Part shown: positions 1 to 13,304 of the stretch, piece by piece | Layout of the letters: every line of letters starts with the position of its first letter | Numbering within the stretch: position 1 is the stretch's first letter | Assembly: GCA_951406725.2 (NCBI GenBank) | Contig: OX597820.1 | Coordinates: 37,386,001 to 37,450,000 of the forward strand | Direction of reading: 5' to 3' | Source: Octopus vulgaris | Lineage: Eukaryota | DNA length: 64,000 nt | Program-made: the position numbers and the translations under genes | The notes under the pieces: generated by a model | Told to the model about the DNA's origin: nothing | What the model saw: only the letters and a program-made list of their open reading frames with translations | The model's database searches: none

Positions 1-1
1 G

Positions 2-1471
2 AGGACGAGAACGGAAGACCCGGTCAGGGGGAACTAGTACGTGCCCAAGACGGAATGCGGGACCGTCTGGTGTGATGCTAGCAGTATAACGATAGGGGTG
101 GTGTTGGCAATCGAAGGCGCTGCGGTGGAGGACGCGGCCTGGCTTCGGAAAGCAGATGATTTCAACCACATCAATATCGCCGAATTAGACGCGGTGCTGA
201 AAGGGGTGAACTTGGCCTTGAAATGGGGGATGCGCACGATTGAAATCCGGACGGATTCGGCCACTGTGCTTAGCTGGGTAGGATCGGTGATCACCGGTGA
301 AAGGAGAGTGCGGACGAAAGGTACTGCGGAGATGTTAGTGAAGCGCCGTCTAGGAGTTCTAGGTGAATTGATCGCCGAGTTCGGACTGAAGCTGAACGTG
401 GTTTTCGTGCCTTCGGAGAAAAACAGGGCGGACGTATTGACCAGGGTGAAAAGAGCGTGGTTGGAAGAACCGGAGGAGGCTCGGAAAGGGATAGCTGCGG
501 CGTGTCGGTTGGATGACTCTGAACTGAAGAAACTGCATGCTATGCATCACCTGGGTGTGGACAGGACCCTGTATCTGGCGAAGAAAATTGATGCTGACGT
601 CACTAGGAGAAGCATCCGGAAGGTGGTCGGGAGCTGCAACAGGTGTCAGTCCATCGACCCTGCTCCGTGTGAGCATGAACAGGGAAGCCTTTTCGTGGAG
701 CAGAACTGGAAAAGGCTAGCTGTGGATGTGACACACTACCGTCAGCGAATGTACCTCTCCATGGTCGACTGCGGGCCGGGTCGGCTGGCCATTTGGAGGG
801 AGTTGAGATCGGGCATTGCTGACGAGATCGCGCAGATCCTGAACGGGATATTTTTAGAGAGAGGGCCCGTGGAAGAACTACTGATGGACAACGGGGCGGC
901 GTTTCGTTCGGAAGCATTGAGGGTTATGTTTGATCGGTGGAATGTGCGACGCTTGTTCAGAGCAGCGTATAGGCTGAGCGGTAACGGGATCGTGGGGAGG
1001 CACCATCGGACAGTCAAGGCCATAGCGGAAAGAGGGCACATTTCGCCGCTTGAAGCAGTTTTTTGGTACAACTTGTCTCCCCGATCCGGACAAGCTGAGG
1101 AATCTGTGCCGCAGAGAGCTGTGTTCAAATATGAATGGAGGAACCCGAGCAAAGCGCTGGAGGGTCACGAGGAAGTGAAGGGACCCGTTCGCGTGAAAAT
1201 AGGGGAGGAAGTCTGGGTCAAGCCACCAAAGGCGCGCTGTACGTCTCAATGGAGCAGAGGAACGGTGATGGCGGTCAATTCCAGAAACAACGTATCCGTA
1301 GGTGGAATGCCACGACACGTCTTGGACCTTCGCAGGATTGTCGCTTCGACGGACGACGATTCTGGAGAAGTGGAGAACGAGGTGCCCAGCTTGAGAAGAT
1401 CTCGACGAGCAAGGCGCTCTCCCGGTTGGATGGTGGACTACGACATGGAGAGGAGAGATTGTGATCTTTAA
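2..1471 (+). pseudogene. Ty3/gypsy-type LTR retrotransposon pol, 3' part (RNase H + integrase), disabled
   Basis: The ORF shows RNase H motifs (WCDAS...AELDAV...RTDS...NRADVLTR), an integrase HHCC zinc finger (HAMHH...CNRCQ) and core motifs LAVD and LMDNG. Domain order RNase H then IN is gypsy-like. The frame runs off the window start but has an in-frame TAG at 35-37, and the expected catalytic Glu reads Gly (NGIVGRHHR). Confidence 0.92.
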
Positions 1472-1484
1472 GATCAGGGTGGCG

Positions 1485-1817
1485 TGTGGGATGACGTCAG
1501 CAGCTGGGTGCGTTGACCGGAGGCTGGGGCAACCGGAAGGGGCAGCCGTCAGGCGTGCGTAGGCAGCGGTGAATTCGACCTTTCCAACGTGGGTCGTCCA
1601 GGTGTCAAGACGTGTGAGGACGTCGCTAAGGTTTGGGTGAGCAGCTGCTATCTTTAGTGTTCATGTCGGGGCTGTGTCGAAGGATTAGTTACCACTGAAG
1701 GGTCTCCATCACGAGGAAGAGAAGGTAGGTGCCTTTATATTCGAATCGCGCACACACCACACTCGACTTCCACTTAAACCGGAAACTTCCAGAATGTGAC
1801 CGCCAGGGTTCACTACA
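1485..1817 (+). mobile_element. 3' LTR of the gypsy-type element
   Basis: Follows the pol stop and a purine-rich PPT-like tract (AGATCAGGGTGGCG, 1471-1484). Begins TGT, ends ...CACTACA, then composition drops abruptly from GC/CpG-rich to AT-rich. The 5' LTR is outside the window, so the right boundary is inferred. Confidence 0.7.
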
Positions 1818-2003
1818 AGTTTATAACAGAACGAAAGTTTTGTATTTATCAGTGTTTATCAGACAGTGATGCGCTTTTATATGGACATCACTGCATATGT
1901 ATGTGTGTGTGTGTGGATATAGTATGGTGGTCTTCAATCAGAAATATGGATGTCACAAGGAATACTAGAGTAAAAATATTGATTTATTATTAATAACAAT
2001 TTC

Positions 2004-2165
2004 AGGGCGGCGAGCTGGCAGAACTGTAAGCATGCCGGGCAAAATGTCCCAGAAATCAATTTTGCCTTTCGGAGTCGTTGAAATAAGTACCAGTTGAGCA
2101 CTGGGGTCGATGTAATCGACCAGCTCCTTCAAAACTTAAAGCCTTGTGCTCTATAGTAGATATGA
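2004..2165 (+). mobile_element. SINE copy (family A: GGCGGCGAGCTGGCAGAA...AAATAAGTACCAGTT...CCTTGTG), internally deleted
   Basis: Same head and core motifs as the many copies at 46.7-53.1 kb. Confidence 0.7.
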
Positions 2166-3229
2166 TTAATAATTTCAATTAAATTTCTTACAAATTACAC
2201 ATTAAGGAAAATATACTCGATTTAACCGACTTTAATACATAATTAATCAATGCTGTATTGTGCTGCGTCCTTTATACAAACAAATGAAGTTTTAGACATT
2301 CACTACTTTTCACTGGTTTAAAGGACTAACGAAAGAGAACTATATCTGTTAGCGATGCACTTACTATATAAACAGAAGCAGAACTCAACTCTAGACTCTC
2401 TTTCTCTCTCTCCTTGGCAGACATCAGCTAGAGACAGAAATGGTCGTTGCTTATTCTTTTGTTAATATAGTCTAAGACACGTTTTATTAGAATGAGATAT
2501 GAATTCGCCGTATCTCGATTCCAATCGACTACATATATCGATTTCTGATATCCCAGGAACAATTTCCAACTCACATTACACCTGACATCCACAACGCACG
2601 AATGCGCGCACGCACACACTTATGTAACATATATATTGTTATTTTTGCAACACATTTGGAAGACAAATGTGTTGTAAAAATATATACATCCATATTATAC
2701 TCAATACAATATACACATTTGTATTTGAATATCGTTACTTCTCTTTGTGTTTATCATACTACATTAGATTTAATGGGCTCTTTTAGATTTAAAAACCCAT
2801 TAAATTTCACTGAATCCCACTGAAGCTAATTGAGGTCCTTTTAAGTTTTTGGACCTCTTCAAATTGTGTGGATCCCCAAGATTGAATGGGATCCTCTTTA
2901 TTATGTTATGTTTTGAAGTAGTAAGTTCGTATGGGCCCCGCCACCTGTAAATTCGGCTCTGGTTGTAAAATAAAAAAAGAACTTAAACACATGCATGCGT
3001 TCCCACCCTACGCCACAGTCCCATTCAGACATATTAGGTGAAAGTTCGTTTACTTTCCCCACATTTGAAAGGCTTTTCAACATGAAACCGTTCGGTAACA
3101 TCGATTGACTTTTATCAGACTAGATTTACAATATATAAAAATGTAGCAGAAGTGATTTACACTATCATTGTTTGAGATGTTTTCATTTTGACTCGTCTAG
3201 GCTTAAATACCTTAATATCAGCTCCACAA

Positions 3230-4317
3230 GGTACGAAAAATACTCCTCCAGTAGTCCTGACCTCGTCTATAGAATTCGTATTTTTTCCGTCTAAATGATT
3301 TTGAAGACTGCGGAATAAATGGTAATCAGATGGGGCAATGTTCGGTGAATATGGTGAGTGGGGCATCGTTTCCCATTCAAACTATTCCAGCCTTTGGAAT
3401 AGCATCCTCGCAGTATGTGACCGAGCATATTATCCTGATGGAAGAACACCTTTCGTCTTGAAACCAAAGATGGTCGTTTTCCTTCTAGCGCTCGAGTAGA
3501 TCTCCTTTGTAATCATTTGGCTTGGGTTTAAAAGTTCAAGGTGGACTAAACTTTTCATATCCCACCAAACAAATAACATTACCTTACGTGTTGAAGACCT
3601 TCTTTAACTTGGAGTGCCGGTGTTTCTCCTTTCTCTGCCCACTGTCTTCAGCGTTTGACATTTTTATAGGGAACCTATTTCTCATCACCAGTCACTATTC
3701 GGTCCAAAAAGGGTTCATTTATGAGACGTGACAGCAAAGAAGAGAGCACATATTCACTCTCTGCGCGCGATTAGACTCTTAAAGTTTGTGAGGAACCAAT
3801 TGACTCGATTTGCTGACTTTTCCGATGGTACGCAAGTGTCAATGAATGGTTGAATGACCAAATCCAGGCTTCTGTTACGATGGGATTTTACTCCAGCAGA
3901 GTTTGCAGGACATCGTCGTTGAGCTCTATAGATCTTCCAGGATGAAGCTCTATTTCTAGGCTGTAGTTTCCAACTTGGAATTTCTGGAACCACCGTTGAC
4001 TCTGGCTTACGCTTATTGTCCAATCCCCATATACTGCATTAATATTCCTCGCATTTTGCGTTGCGTTGTTGCCTTTATTGAACTCATAAAGCAAAATATG
4101 CTCAATATGTTCCTTTGTCACTTCCATTATAGCTTTGAAAAAACAATTGTTAAAATCGAACAGGACTCTTCAAAATTTGCACTAAGAATAAACACAAGCT
4201 AAAATTACTACCTGCTTTTACAGCAAGTTGATGCAGGTAGTTTATCCCATCCCCCTCCGACTTTTTGTTCATATAATTGAAAAAAAAAACCCGCATTAGT
4301 TATAGGATGACACAACA
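3230..4317 (-). mobile_element. Degenerate mariner (Tc1/mariner, DD34D type) transposon
   Basis: ORF 3888-4127 encodes a mariner N-terminal HTH (HILLYEFNKG...NINAVYG...RWFQKF). ORF 3157-3366 has HSPYSPNIAPSDYHLFRSLQNHL, the YSPDL/third-Asp motif. Frameshifts and stops lie between them. A TIR-like end is at 4280-4317; the other end is truncated. Confidence 0.88.
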
Positions 4318-4399
4318 TTCACAGACAGACAAACAGACACACACATACAGACACACACACACACACGCTGATGTCACTTGCATTCATATTTTCTACAAG

Positions 4400-6049
4400 A
4401 GTAAAACAAACTTGTTCCAGGTAGGATGTGAACTCAGAGCATTCAAATACCAACTTAATGTATGTGCTATGGAGTTGCAGTATCCAAGAGGTAAACATGC
4501 CTGTGAATTCCTTACGGATCGAAAACACGACGGATTATTTCGATCGGATGGGTACTTAACATTTTCACTACAACAACCGGGGCCTATGAGTACCCAAAGG
4601 TAGCTCTAGCTGCAACTCAAATATTACGATGCTATATTTTTGTTTACTACTCTGCCGGTTTCAATGAAGTATATTATTTATGGAACGTTGACTTTTATGT
4701 TCATATTGATATTTCAAGTCATAGATAGTGAATGTCATCGCAGTTGTTGAGGTGCTCAGTTATTGACACAGTTCTCACTGTGTTTACGTCTCCTTTTATC
4801 GATTGTATTATTTTCACAAAGGAGGATGATTATAATGTCATGGCAACAAGAATCGCTTTGGTATTTAACATGAAAGACAAAAAAAAAAAAGTTCCATTAT
4901 TTTAAAGCACTTCCTTGTTTCAACAATTAAATGACGAATTGTTAAAACCACCTCAAGTAGAGCAAAGAAAAGTACTATTTTTGTTTAAGTTTAAGTATGG
5001 GAATTAAAGTTAGGGCGCAAAGGTTTCCGGGATGGTTCATAAAATGAAAGAATGATTAAACAAACAGACGAACGAATCATAGAATATGTTGCAGTATGCA
5101 GTATGTTGCTTTAGAGTTGTCTCCCTTTATATTAAGCTAATTCTTTCTATTAATTAGAATATATTTATACATTTATTCATATATCCGTATTTAAAACGTG
5201 TAAGCCAAAAAATATATGTTAATGGAATATATTTGATGTATTTCACCTTTATTTACTAATTTATTTATTGACGATCAATATTTTGTTCAACATCAGAAAT
5301 TGACTTAAATAAGATGCAATAATAATATATTATTGTATTAAACAAAAACAAAATAACATTTATGACATAAGCGACCTCGGCTTAGCTTTAACCATGTTTA
5401 ATGTCGGAACGCGTCTCCATACAAATAAACAACACCGAGACTAACCCAACTGTTTGTATGTTTGTACAATAACAAATCATGTAAGTAACTATCTCTAATT
5501 ACTTAGTGTACACACAGTATTTATACTTGAACAAAATGAAAGTCACATGCAGTATATACGCATGTATGTCCGGTTTCTTTTTCTAAGTAAATTGGTCAAC
5601 CCCCTCACGTAATGACAAACCCCCGACACAAGTGGACGTGAAAATAGAAAATAAACACAGAAAAAAACACCATAACAGACAAAAGACAAAGAAACTTCGC
5701 ATCGGACAGAATCACTTCGAGTTATTATTGCTTTTTGAATTTTTCTTCTACGATGTATGTTATAATTTTTTTTTAATATCTTCATTTGTTTGGTTTCGTC
5801 AGGTGAAATGTCTTGTGTACTTTTATTTGACTTGTAATGTTTTGTTGGGTGTTGTCCTTGTAGCCGATAAATAATTCGCTGTTGTGATTATTATTACTTA
5901 ATTGATCTGAATAGCAACACAAAACAAACACTAAAATACAATGTTAAAGAAAACGTAGTAAGTGGATGTATATTATACAAACATATATAATAAATACATA
6001 TGTACGCATATCCATCCATCCATCTACCTACCTACCTACCTACCTATCC

Positions 6050-6131
<82 letters not shown>

Positions 6132-6341
6132 TTATCAATCAATCTAACTATCTATCTATCCATCAATCAATCAATCTAACTATCTATCTATCCATCAATC
6201 AATCAATCTAACTATCTATCTATCCATTAATCAATCAATCTAACTATCTATCTATCCATTAATCAATCAATCTAACTATCTATCTATCCATTAATCCATC
6301 CATCCATCCATCCATCCATCCATCCATCCATCCATCCATCC

Positions 6342-6385
<44 letters not shown>

Positions 6386-7100
6386 ATCTAATCTCTGACA
6401 CGCTTTCTTAAAAATAAAAGTTTTGGCGCAAGTCGCTCATTGTAATCATGGATAACGTTATCAGAATTAGTGGTTCCCAAATTCTTTAATTGCTTAATGT
6501 TATCAACCGGTTTTTGCTCTCGAAAAGGCCTTAAACGGGATTAAAAGAAACGGTTTCTGTTGTATATACAATATAAACACACATTGATACATACTGTCAT
6601 TTAAGGCATATCAGCCGCAACTATCCTGTCTTTTTTTTTTTTTTTTTTTGTTATGACAGTAGGATGTGTGGGATTTCATAATTTTACCGTTATTCCAAGC
6701 AGTTCAACCTACTGCGTATAGGCTGTTTTTGTTGTTGTTAAGCCGTAGGCTAACTCTGATCGAGAAAACCTATAATAAAAAGCATCCCAGTCATGACCAT
6801 CGTGTCCTTTTGTATATCAGGTACTACATTGTTGTTGAAAGTGTCCTTTGTCTAAGATTGTAGGGTATGTGATACGAAGAGATTTTGGATGCTATTTCTT
6901 GCAATTCGAGCGACTGCGCAAACGCTCCATTGCTGCCTCGGATTTATTTGAGTTATTGTTCATATTCGCAGCTCATTTCTGATTGAGCTGTCTTACGATC
7001 AAATAGATCGCAAGACAGCTCAGTCATCACGTCAATCATCAGCTCAATCATCAGTGAACAGTTCACACCATCCAATGTATCCTTCACGCACACCCGCATC
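4400..7100 (+). promoter_or_regulatory. CpG-retaining region: candidate spartin promoter / non-coding first exon
   Basis: Non-repetitive AT-rich DNA with frequent CG dinucleotides, in contrast to the CG-poor DNA after about 7.2 kb (visual estimate). Candidate splice donors are GTAAGT at 5481, GTATGT at 5755 and AG|GTGAAA at 5803. The ATG exon has an acceptor only 9 nt upstream of the ATG, so an upstream exon is expected. Confidence 0.45.
6010..6390. repeat. Compound tetranucleotide microsatellite (ATCC/CTAC/ATCA/CTAT/TTTC)
   Basis: Directly visible, including a higher-order unit TCTAACTATCTATCTATCCAT(C/T)AATCAATCAA repeated about 5 times. Confidence 0.97.
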
Positions 7101-7490
7101 ATCATCATCGTCAGCGTTGTTTTAACGTCCACTTTTCCATGTTTGAATAGGTCAGACAAATGTCGTTGAGGCGGACTCACTATGACTGGATGTCCTTCCT
7201 GTTGCCAACTCTCACTCGTTTCCAGGCAAGATAGTGTTTCCCCATGACCAAACATGTTTACATGGAAGGTTGGATATGATCAATACTACTTGCATGATGG
7301 TGACATGACACTCATTTACAATTATTGCATGAAATCAAGACACACACACACACACGATAGGCTTCTTTCAGTCTCCATCTACCTAATCCACTTATAAGGC
7401 TTTGGTTAGCCTAGGCTATAGTGGTAGTCACTAAGGTGGTGTGAACCTGAAACCACATGGTTGGGAAACAAACTTCTTAACGACAAAGCC

Positions 7491-7525
<35 letters not shown>

Positions 7526-7989
7526 TGTGTGTGTGTAGCTGTGTGGTTTAAGTACATGGCCTTGTGGGTAGGGTATTGCCCTCACGATTACGAAATCATG
7601 ATTTTGATTCTCAGACCAGGTGGTGCATTGTGTTCTTGAAAAAAGCACTTCACCTGTAGAGGCAATGTCAGTTTGATGGAGAGAGTGAGATAATGTGCAA
7701 TACGAATTTTGATCATTATATATAAATTTAAAAAAATCATCTTTGTGGTGGTTATTTGACAAGAAATAACAGAACTTTCATCCGTCATCTAATGACATGA
7801 ACGTTCATGATATATATGTCTTTTCTGGAATGTTGGATCTCGAAGCAGCTGAAGCTATAAATAATAGCATGTAAATATTGGGTTAAAAAGCCCTTAAGAG
7901 AGAAAGTCAAAGGCTGCCCATCAACAATATATGTTCATATTACTTGCTGAGTCTAGAGGTAGGGACTGTGCCCTTGACTTTTACAGCCC

Positions 7990-8470
7990 CTCTAAGAATA
8001 ATGATATTGCTGCTGTTAATGATCCACTTAAGCTGTTTCAAGTTGACAATTGGAGGAAAGATATGAGCATGCAAGAGATTCTGAGAGCTGACATTCTGGG
8101 AAGAAAGGACTGTGTGTAGGAGTTAGTTCTGGGAGTCTGGACACAGTATGGGTGATGAAAAGAGTAGAATTGGGTGTGTATGATTGGAGGTGGCATAAGA
8201 CCAGTGAGTAGCACTAAAAAAGGCAAAGAGAGGGGATAGCATACTGGTGGGAAAGAAACTAGAGCTTGTCTGTAAATGATTTTATACCAATCAGTCAAGT
8301 GGCTTTTATCTAGGTGTGGTCTAGAATATTTTTGTTTGCAGTTCAAAGTACAACAAGAGTGGGAACATAGACCTTCTCATCTAAGAAGAATACAATGAGA
8401 AAGAGGATCATTATGGGTGTAGGGTGAGCCAGAAGCACAAACAAGGTTGTTGAGCAAATATAGTGGCTCT
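7990..8470 (-). mobile_element. Old L2/CR1-like LINE, 3' end of ORF2
   Basis: The minus-strand translation HPYCVQTPRTNSYTQSFLPRMSAL... resembles the C-terminal SF(F/L)PR..LWN.LP motif region of CR1/L2-clade ORF2. Heavily degraded. Confidence 0.55.
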
Positions 8471-9819
8471 TTACAGTTACACACACACACATGTATGTAT
8501 ATATGTTGAAATTATCAGTGCATTTTGCTATTCTTTCATCAGTTATTAATAAGAAATTGGTTGATGACTCATAAAATTGCTACATATATACTATTTTTGT
8601 GTGTATATGTATGCGTGTGTACATATACATACATACAGATATATATATATATCTGTATGTATGTATATACATACAGATAAACATATACAGTATACTATTT
8701 TTGTGTGTATATACATACGTACAGATATATCTGGCTCCCGTGCATGTGGCACATAAAAACCATTATTCCAGTGTGATCGTTACCTGCGTTACCTTACTGG
8801 CACGTGAAGAACAACTTTTGAGCGAGGTTGTTGCCAAGTGCCGCTGGACTGGCTCCTGTGCAGGTGGCACATAAAAAAACACCATTTGAGCATGCCTGTC
8901 ACCAGAACTGCCTAACTGGCCCTCGTGCCGGTGGCACGTAAAAGCACCCATACACTCTTGGAGTGGTTGGTGTTAGGAAGGGCATCCAGCTGAGTAGAAT
9001 TGCATTGAACAGTGTGTTCTTTGTATAAAATGGTAGAGTAAAATTTTGAGGAAATTTAACTGCTATATTTTGCAGCTTAAATAACCAAATAGAGGCTCCT
9101 TTGTTAGTTTGTAAAGTTGTTGCTAAGTCCCAGATTAACCTTGAGCAAACAGACCCATGATAGAAGGCATTCCATCCATGGTTGTCCCCAATTTTTTAGA
9201 GTATCTAGGATTACACTACTCATTGTGTATCTCGGACAACACTATTCATTGTGTTCCTTGTTTTTCACAGGTGGTAGGGTGTCATTTGAGAGATTTTGCT
9301 CACACATTGAGCAGCTGTGTAGATCAGGCAGGGCAATATTTATTGAGAAATGGACTGCATGAAACTTGGATCATCATTAGGCAGGCCACACTTCTAAAAT
9401 AATTCAAGGTAATTATTTTATTAGGTAAGCCTTTCGGAAAGTTCCACAGACCACAGGTTATCCATGACTGGTGGAGATGCTCCCTCATTGGCTTGTAACT
9501 TGAAGAGTTATGAAAATATATATCAGTAATATACAGTAGCTAGTTTGATGGATTATGCCTCTCCTTTACAAAAATAGTTAGACTTTGTTGTCTCATAAAA
9601 AAAAAATTATTATTGGTTACCTTTTAAAGTTGACACAGTAGAAAGTAAAACTGAATATATATTATCTACATATATTATCCAGTAAAGTATAAAGTCCAGT
9701 ATCTTGTTTGAATATCCTGCATTCAAAACATACTGTAATTCACTTAATATTTCATTCTTGCTTCCCTATACTCTGTCAGTTGACCATTCTACTTTTATTT
9801 GATAGCATAATAATAATAA

Positions 9820-10470
9820 TGATTTCAGATTTTGGCACAAGGCCTGTAAGTTCAGGGGAGGGGGTAAGTTGTTTACATTGACCCCAGTAATCGACTGCTA
9901 CTTATTTGATTGACCTTGAAAGGATGAAAGGCAAAGTTGACTTTGGTGGGATTTGAACTCAGAATGTAAAGATGGATGATATGCTGTTAATAATAATAAT
10001 AATTCTTTCTGTTGTAGATTCAAGGCCTGAAATTTGTGGGGAGGGGACTAGTTAATTATATCAGCCACATTACACAGCTAATACTTATTTCATTGACCAT
10101 GGAAAGATGAAAGGCAAACTCAACCTCAGTGGGATTTGAACTGAGAATGTTATGATAAATGAAACACTGCTAAACATTTTGTCCAGCATGCTAACAATTC
10201 TGCCAGTTTGCAACCTTTAATAATAATGCTTTCTGTTATAGGCCCAAGGCCTGACTTCCTTTCTATTATAGGCACAAGGCCTGAAATTTGGGGGAGGGGC
10301 GCTAGTTGATTACATTGATACCAGTGCTCAACTTATACTTATTTTATCATGCCCAAAATGATGAAAGGCAAAGTCAACGTCAGCAGAATTTGAATTCAGA
10401 ACTTAAAGATGGATGAAATGTCGTGAGGTATTTTATCCAGAAGGCTAATGATTCTGCCTTTCACTGCCTT
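9820..10470 (-). mobile_element. Cluster of 3-4 family-A SINE copies in minus orientation
   Basis: Repeated GGCACAAGGCCTG...GATGAAAGGCAAAGT...ATTTGAACTCAGAA blocks separated by (TAA)n. Confidence 0.8.
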
Positions 10471-10904
10471 ATTAATAATATTAATTGTAATAAAAAAGGC
10501 TGTAGCAAAATGTGGGTCAGCTGACTGGTGTTGCGGACACAACTTGCTGGAAACTCATTTTGTCTGTATTGTCATTTTTCAACATAACTGTGTAATTATT
10601 TCAAAAGGAATTATACTTTGGCACCTTTTCAAGCTATACTTGAAATCATTTGGCAATGAGGAAGGCCTCTCTGTGATCTCTTTAGCTGCAAGCAAAAAAG
10701 AAATCAGTGAAAATCTTGAATTTTCACCCTATCATTAGAAAAATAATAAAAAGGACATATTGAATAGTGTAGATGCACAGGATGACCTCAGAATATCTTT
10801 GACCATTGGTCTACTCTGTTAGAGCTGACCAGTGGTTAAATGACAACACGTAAACCCTCCTGTTTTTTTTTTTTGTTTTGTTTGTTTAGTCTTAACCAAT
10901 TTCT

Positions 10905-11113
10905 TTTAACCCTGTCAAATTTAATATTTATTTATTTAACATTCTTTTGAATTAACCAGGCATTATCTTGTAGTTTTGAGATTTTGATGGTATGGCTGTT
11001 TATGTTTAGAATGACACTGTAGGGTTGGTGTTAGAGGCCAGGTTTTGACATTTTGAGCATTGATCATGAAGAATATTTGGGACGGATATGTCCAGCTGAA
11101 ATGCTAAAGGGTC
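10905..11113. mobile_element. piggyBac-like MITE (degenerate)
   Basis: TTAACCCT...ATGCTAAAGGGTCAA ends; the interior is the reverse complement of the element at 54681-54894. Confidence 0.55.
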
Positions 11114-11967
11114 AATCCCTTCCTTTCCACAGAAGTCTAAGAAGTTACTGAGTCTCTGTTAACTTACATCTTTGATATGCTGATTAGAAGGTCATAATTT
11201 CAATCTGTGCTACATCCATTGTGTTGTGTCTGCAGGCTTGATCCAAGTCTATGTTTACATTCATTCAGTAACTTGTATTAGGAAATAATGTATGATCAAG
11301 AACTATAAGCTTTACATCAACTTTTTTGCATGCAGATATTCATATATGCCACAAATATTACATCCATGATATCATGAAAATATCATCATCATCATCTAGT
11401 GTCTGGGTCTTAGACTTTATTTGAGGCAGATTTTATATAACTGGATGCCCTTCCTGTTGCCAGCCCACACCTGTTTCTAAGTAAAGTAATATTTTCCCAT
11501 GCTAAGACATGTTCTTGCAGAATGCCGGAAGTAAATGATACTGCTTTTATAACAGTGGTGTTCATTTATAACTATCATATGATGTCAAAACAAGGAGATA
11601 CACACACACTAACCAACCAGGCTGCTTTTTTCTACTTCTCATTCTCTCTATATCTGATTTGCTATTTCTGTTGTGTAGGTCCAACCTGCTATTTCACCAC
11701 TTTTATTTTTATTTATTTCCCTATATAAACAACATACAATGCTTAACTGTTACTCAATGTAAGTGTGCACCTTTTGAAGTAAGTGTAATGAAATGGCACT
11801 CTAATGTGTAAAACAACAAATATGTCACTTTTCACATGGAATTTTTACGTACAATGGTGTTAAAAACAGAGTGGTATTGACAATTGTAACTGGCTATTAA
11901 AGATGTGCTGAACACTTTCTTTCTCTTATTTGGATTATGTGTGTGTGTATATATATATATATATATA

Positions 11968-12306
11968 AAGGGTAAATCCCCACTTTAGTCATGAATGACC
12001 ATGGGATTGCACCTAGAAAGTTACCCTCTGAGGCACAAGTCCGGGCAAGGTTGTTTATGGAAGACCAGCAGTCACACTTGCATTCCAGCCTCCCCTCTCC
12101 ACGTCACCAGTGTTATCCAAGAGAAAGGCAAAGGCTGATACAGCTTGGCACAAATGATGTCACAACTCATTTGTGCAGCTAATTGGAGCAATGTGAAATA
12201 AAGTGTCTTGCTCAATAACACAACACACAGCCCAGTCTGGGAATCAAACTCACTACCTCATGATTGTGAGCCTGATACTCTAACCATTGAGCCATGCGCC
12301 TTCACC
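11968..12306 (-). mobile_element. tRNA-derived SINE
   Basis: Minus-strand head GTGAAGGCGCATGGCTCAATGGTTAGAGTATC...GAGTTTGATTCCC has Pol III A- and B-box-like motifs; flanked by (TA)n. Confidence 0.75.
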
Positions 12307-12334
12307 ATATATATATATATATATATATATATAT

Positions 12335-12596
12335 CATCATCATCATCATCATCATCGTTTAACGTCCGTTTTCCGCGCTAGCACGTGTTGGACGGTTCGA
12401 CCGGAGTCTGGAAAGCCGGGACTGTACCAGGCTCCAGTCTGATCTGGCAGTGTTTCTACAGCTGGATGCCCTTCCTAACGCCAACCACTCCGCGAGTGTA
12501 GTGGGTGCTTTTTATGTGCCACCTGCACAGGTGCCGGGGGGGGGGTCTGGCATCATCCACGATCGGTTGGTGCTTTCAACGTGCCACCGGCACGGA
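12335..12596 (-). mobile_element. Non-LTR retroelement 3' module (family C, (GAT)n tail), young copy
   Basis: (CAT)n-CGTTTAACGTCCG...GGATGCCCTTCCTAACGCCAACCACTCC...; near-identical blocks at 23745-24100, 29395-29620 (opposite strand) and 34270-34460. Confidence 0.8.
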
Positions 12597-12621
12597 AATA
12601 TATATATATACATATATATAC

Positions 12622-12680
<59 letters not shown>

Positions 12681-13304
12681 TACATACACATAATCTCTCT
12701 CGTCTTCCCCCTACCAACTGTATCTTTGCTATACTATTGATCCCCTATAAAACCATGTTTCACCTTTCATAGCATTCCCTTTTTCCTCCTCTTCTCACCT
12801 TTGCACATTCATGTACTCCTTGCCCGCTAGCCATGTTCAATCCCAATCCACTCTATTCACATTTACCACCTTGTACCTTGAGGGTATGCACTGGCATGTC
12901 GCCACCATCTTTCTTTCTCTCTCCCTTTTTTTCTGACTCGAGTAACAATGTATCTCCTCTACAGAAAGACATCTGTTTCTGTCCCTTTATCATAGTTTAA
13001 CCTCTCACCACCCGGCACAAAGCCAACTCTCTCAATATCACTCCCCTGTTTCAGTCACAGGTATTTTATCTTGCAAGTTACTTGGTGACCCCACAGGTGC
13101 TGGTAACACACAAAAAGCACCCAGTACATTCTGTAAAGTAGTTGGCATTAGTAAAAACATCTAGCTGTAGAAACCATGCCAAAGCAGACGGTGGAGCTTG
13201 GGGCAGTTCTCTGGCTTGCCAACTCTTGTCAAATTGTCCAACCCCTGCCAGCATGGCAATTAAATAATAATATTCACATACATATATACATTTATATATA
13301 TATA

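Noticed and set aside
34-1464. Overlapping alternative-frame and antisense ORFs within the pol region
   Set aside because: Shadow ORFs of a GC-rich coding sequence; no recognisable motifs.
2420-2620. Possible exon (pyrimidine tract + CAG at 2420; minus-strand ORF 2428-2619)
   Set aside because: No recognisable protein similarity or partner exon.
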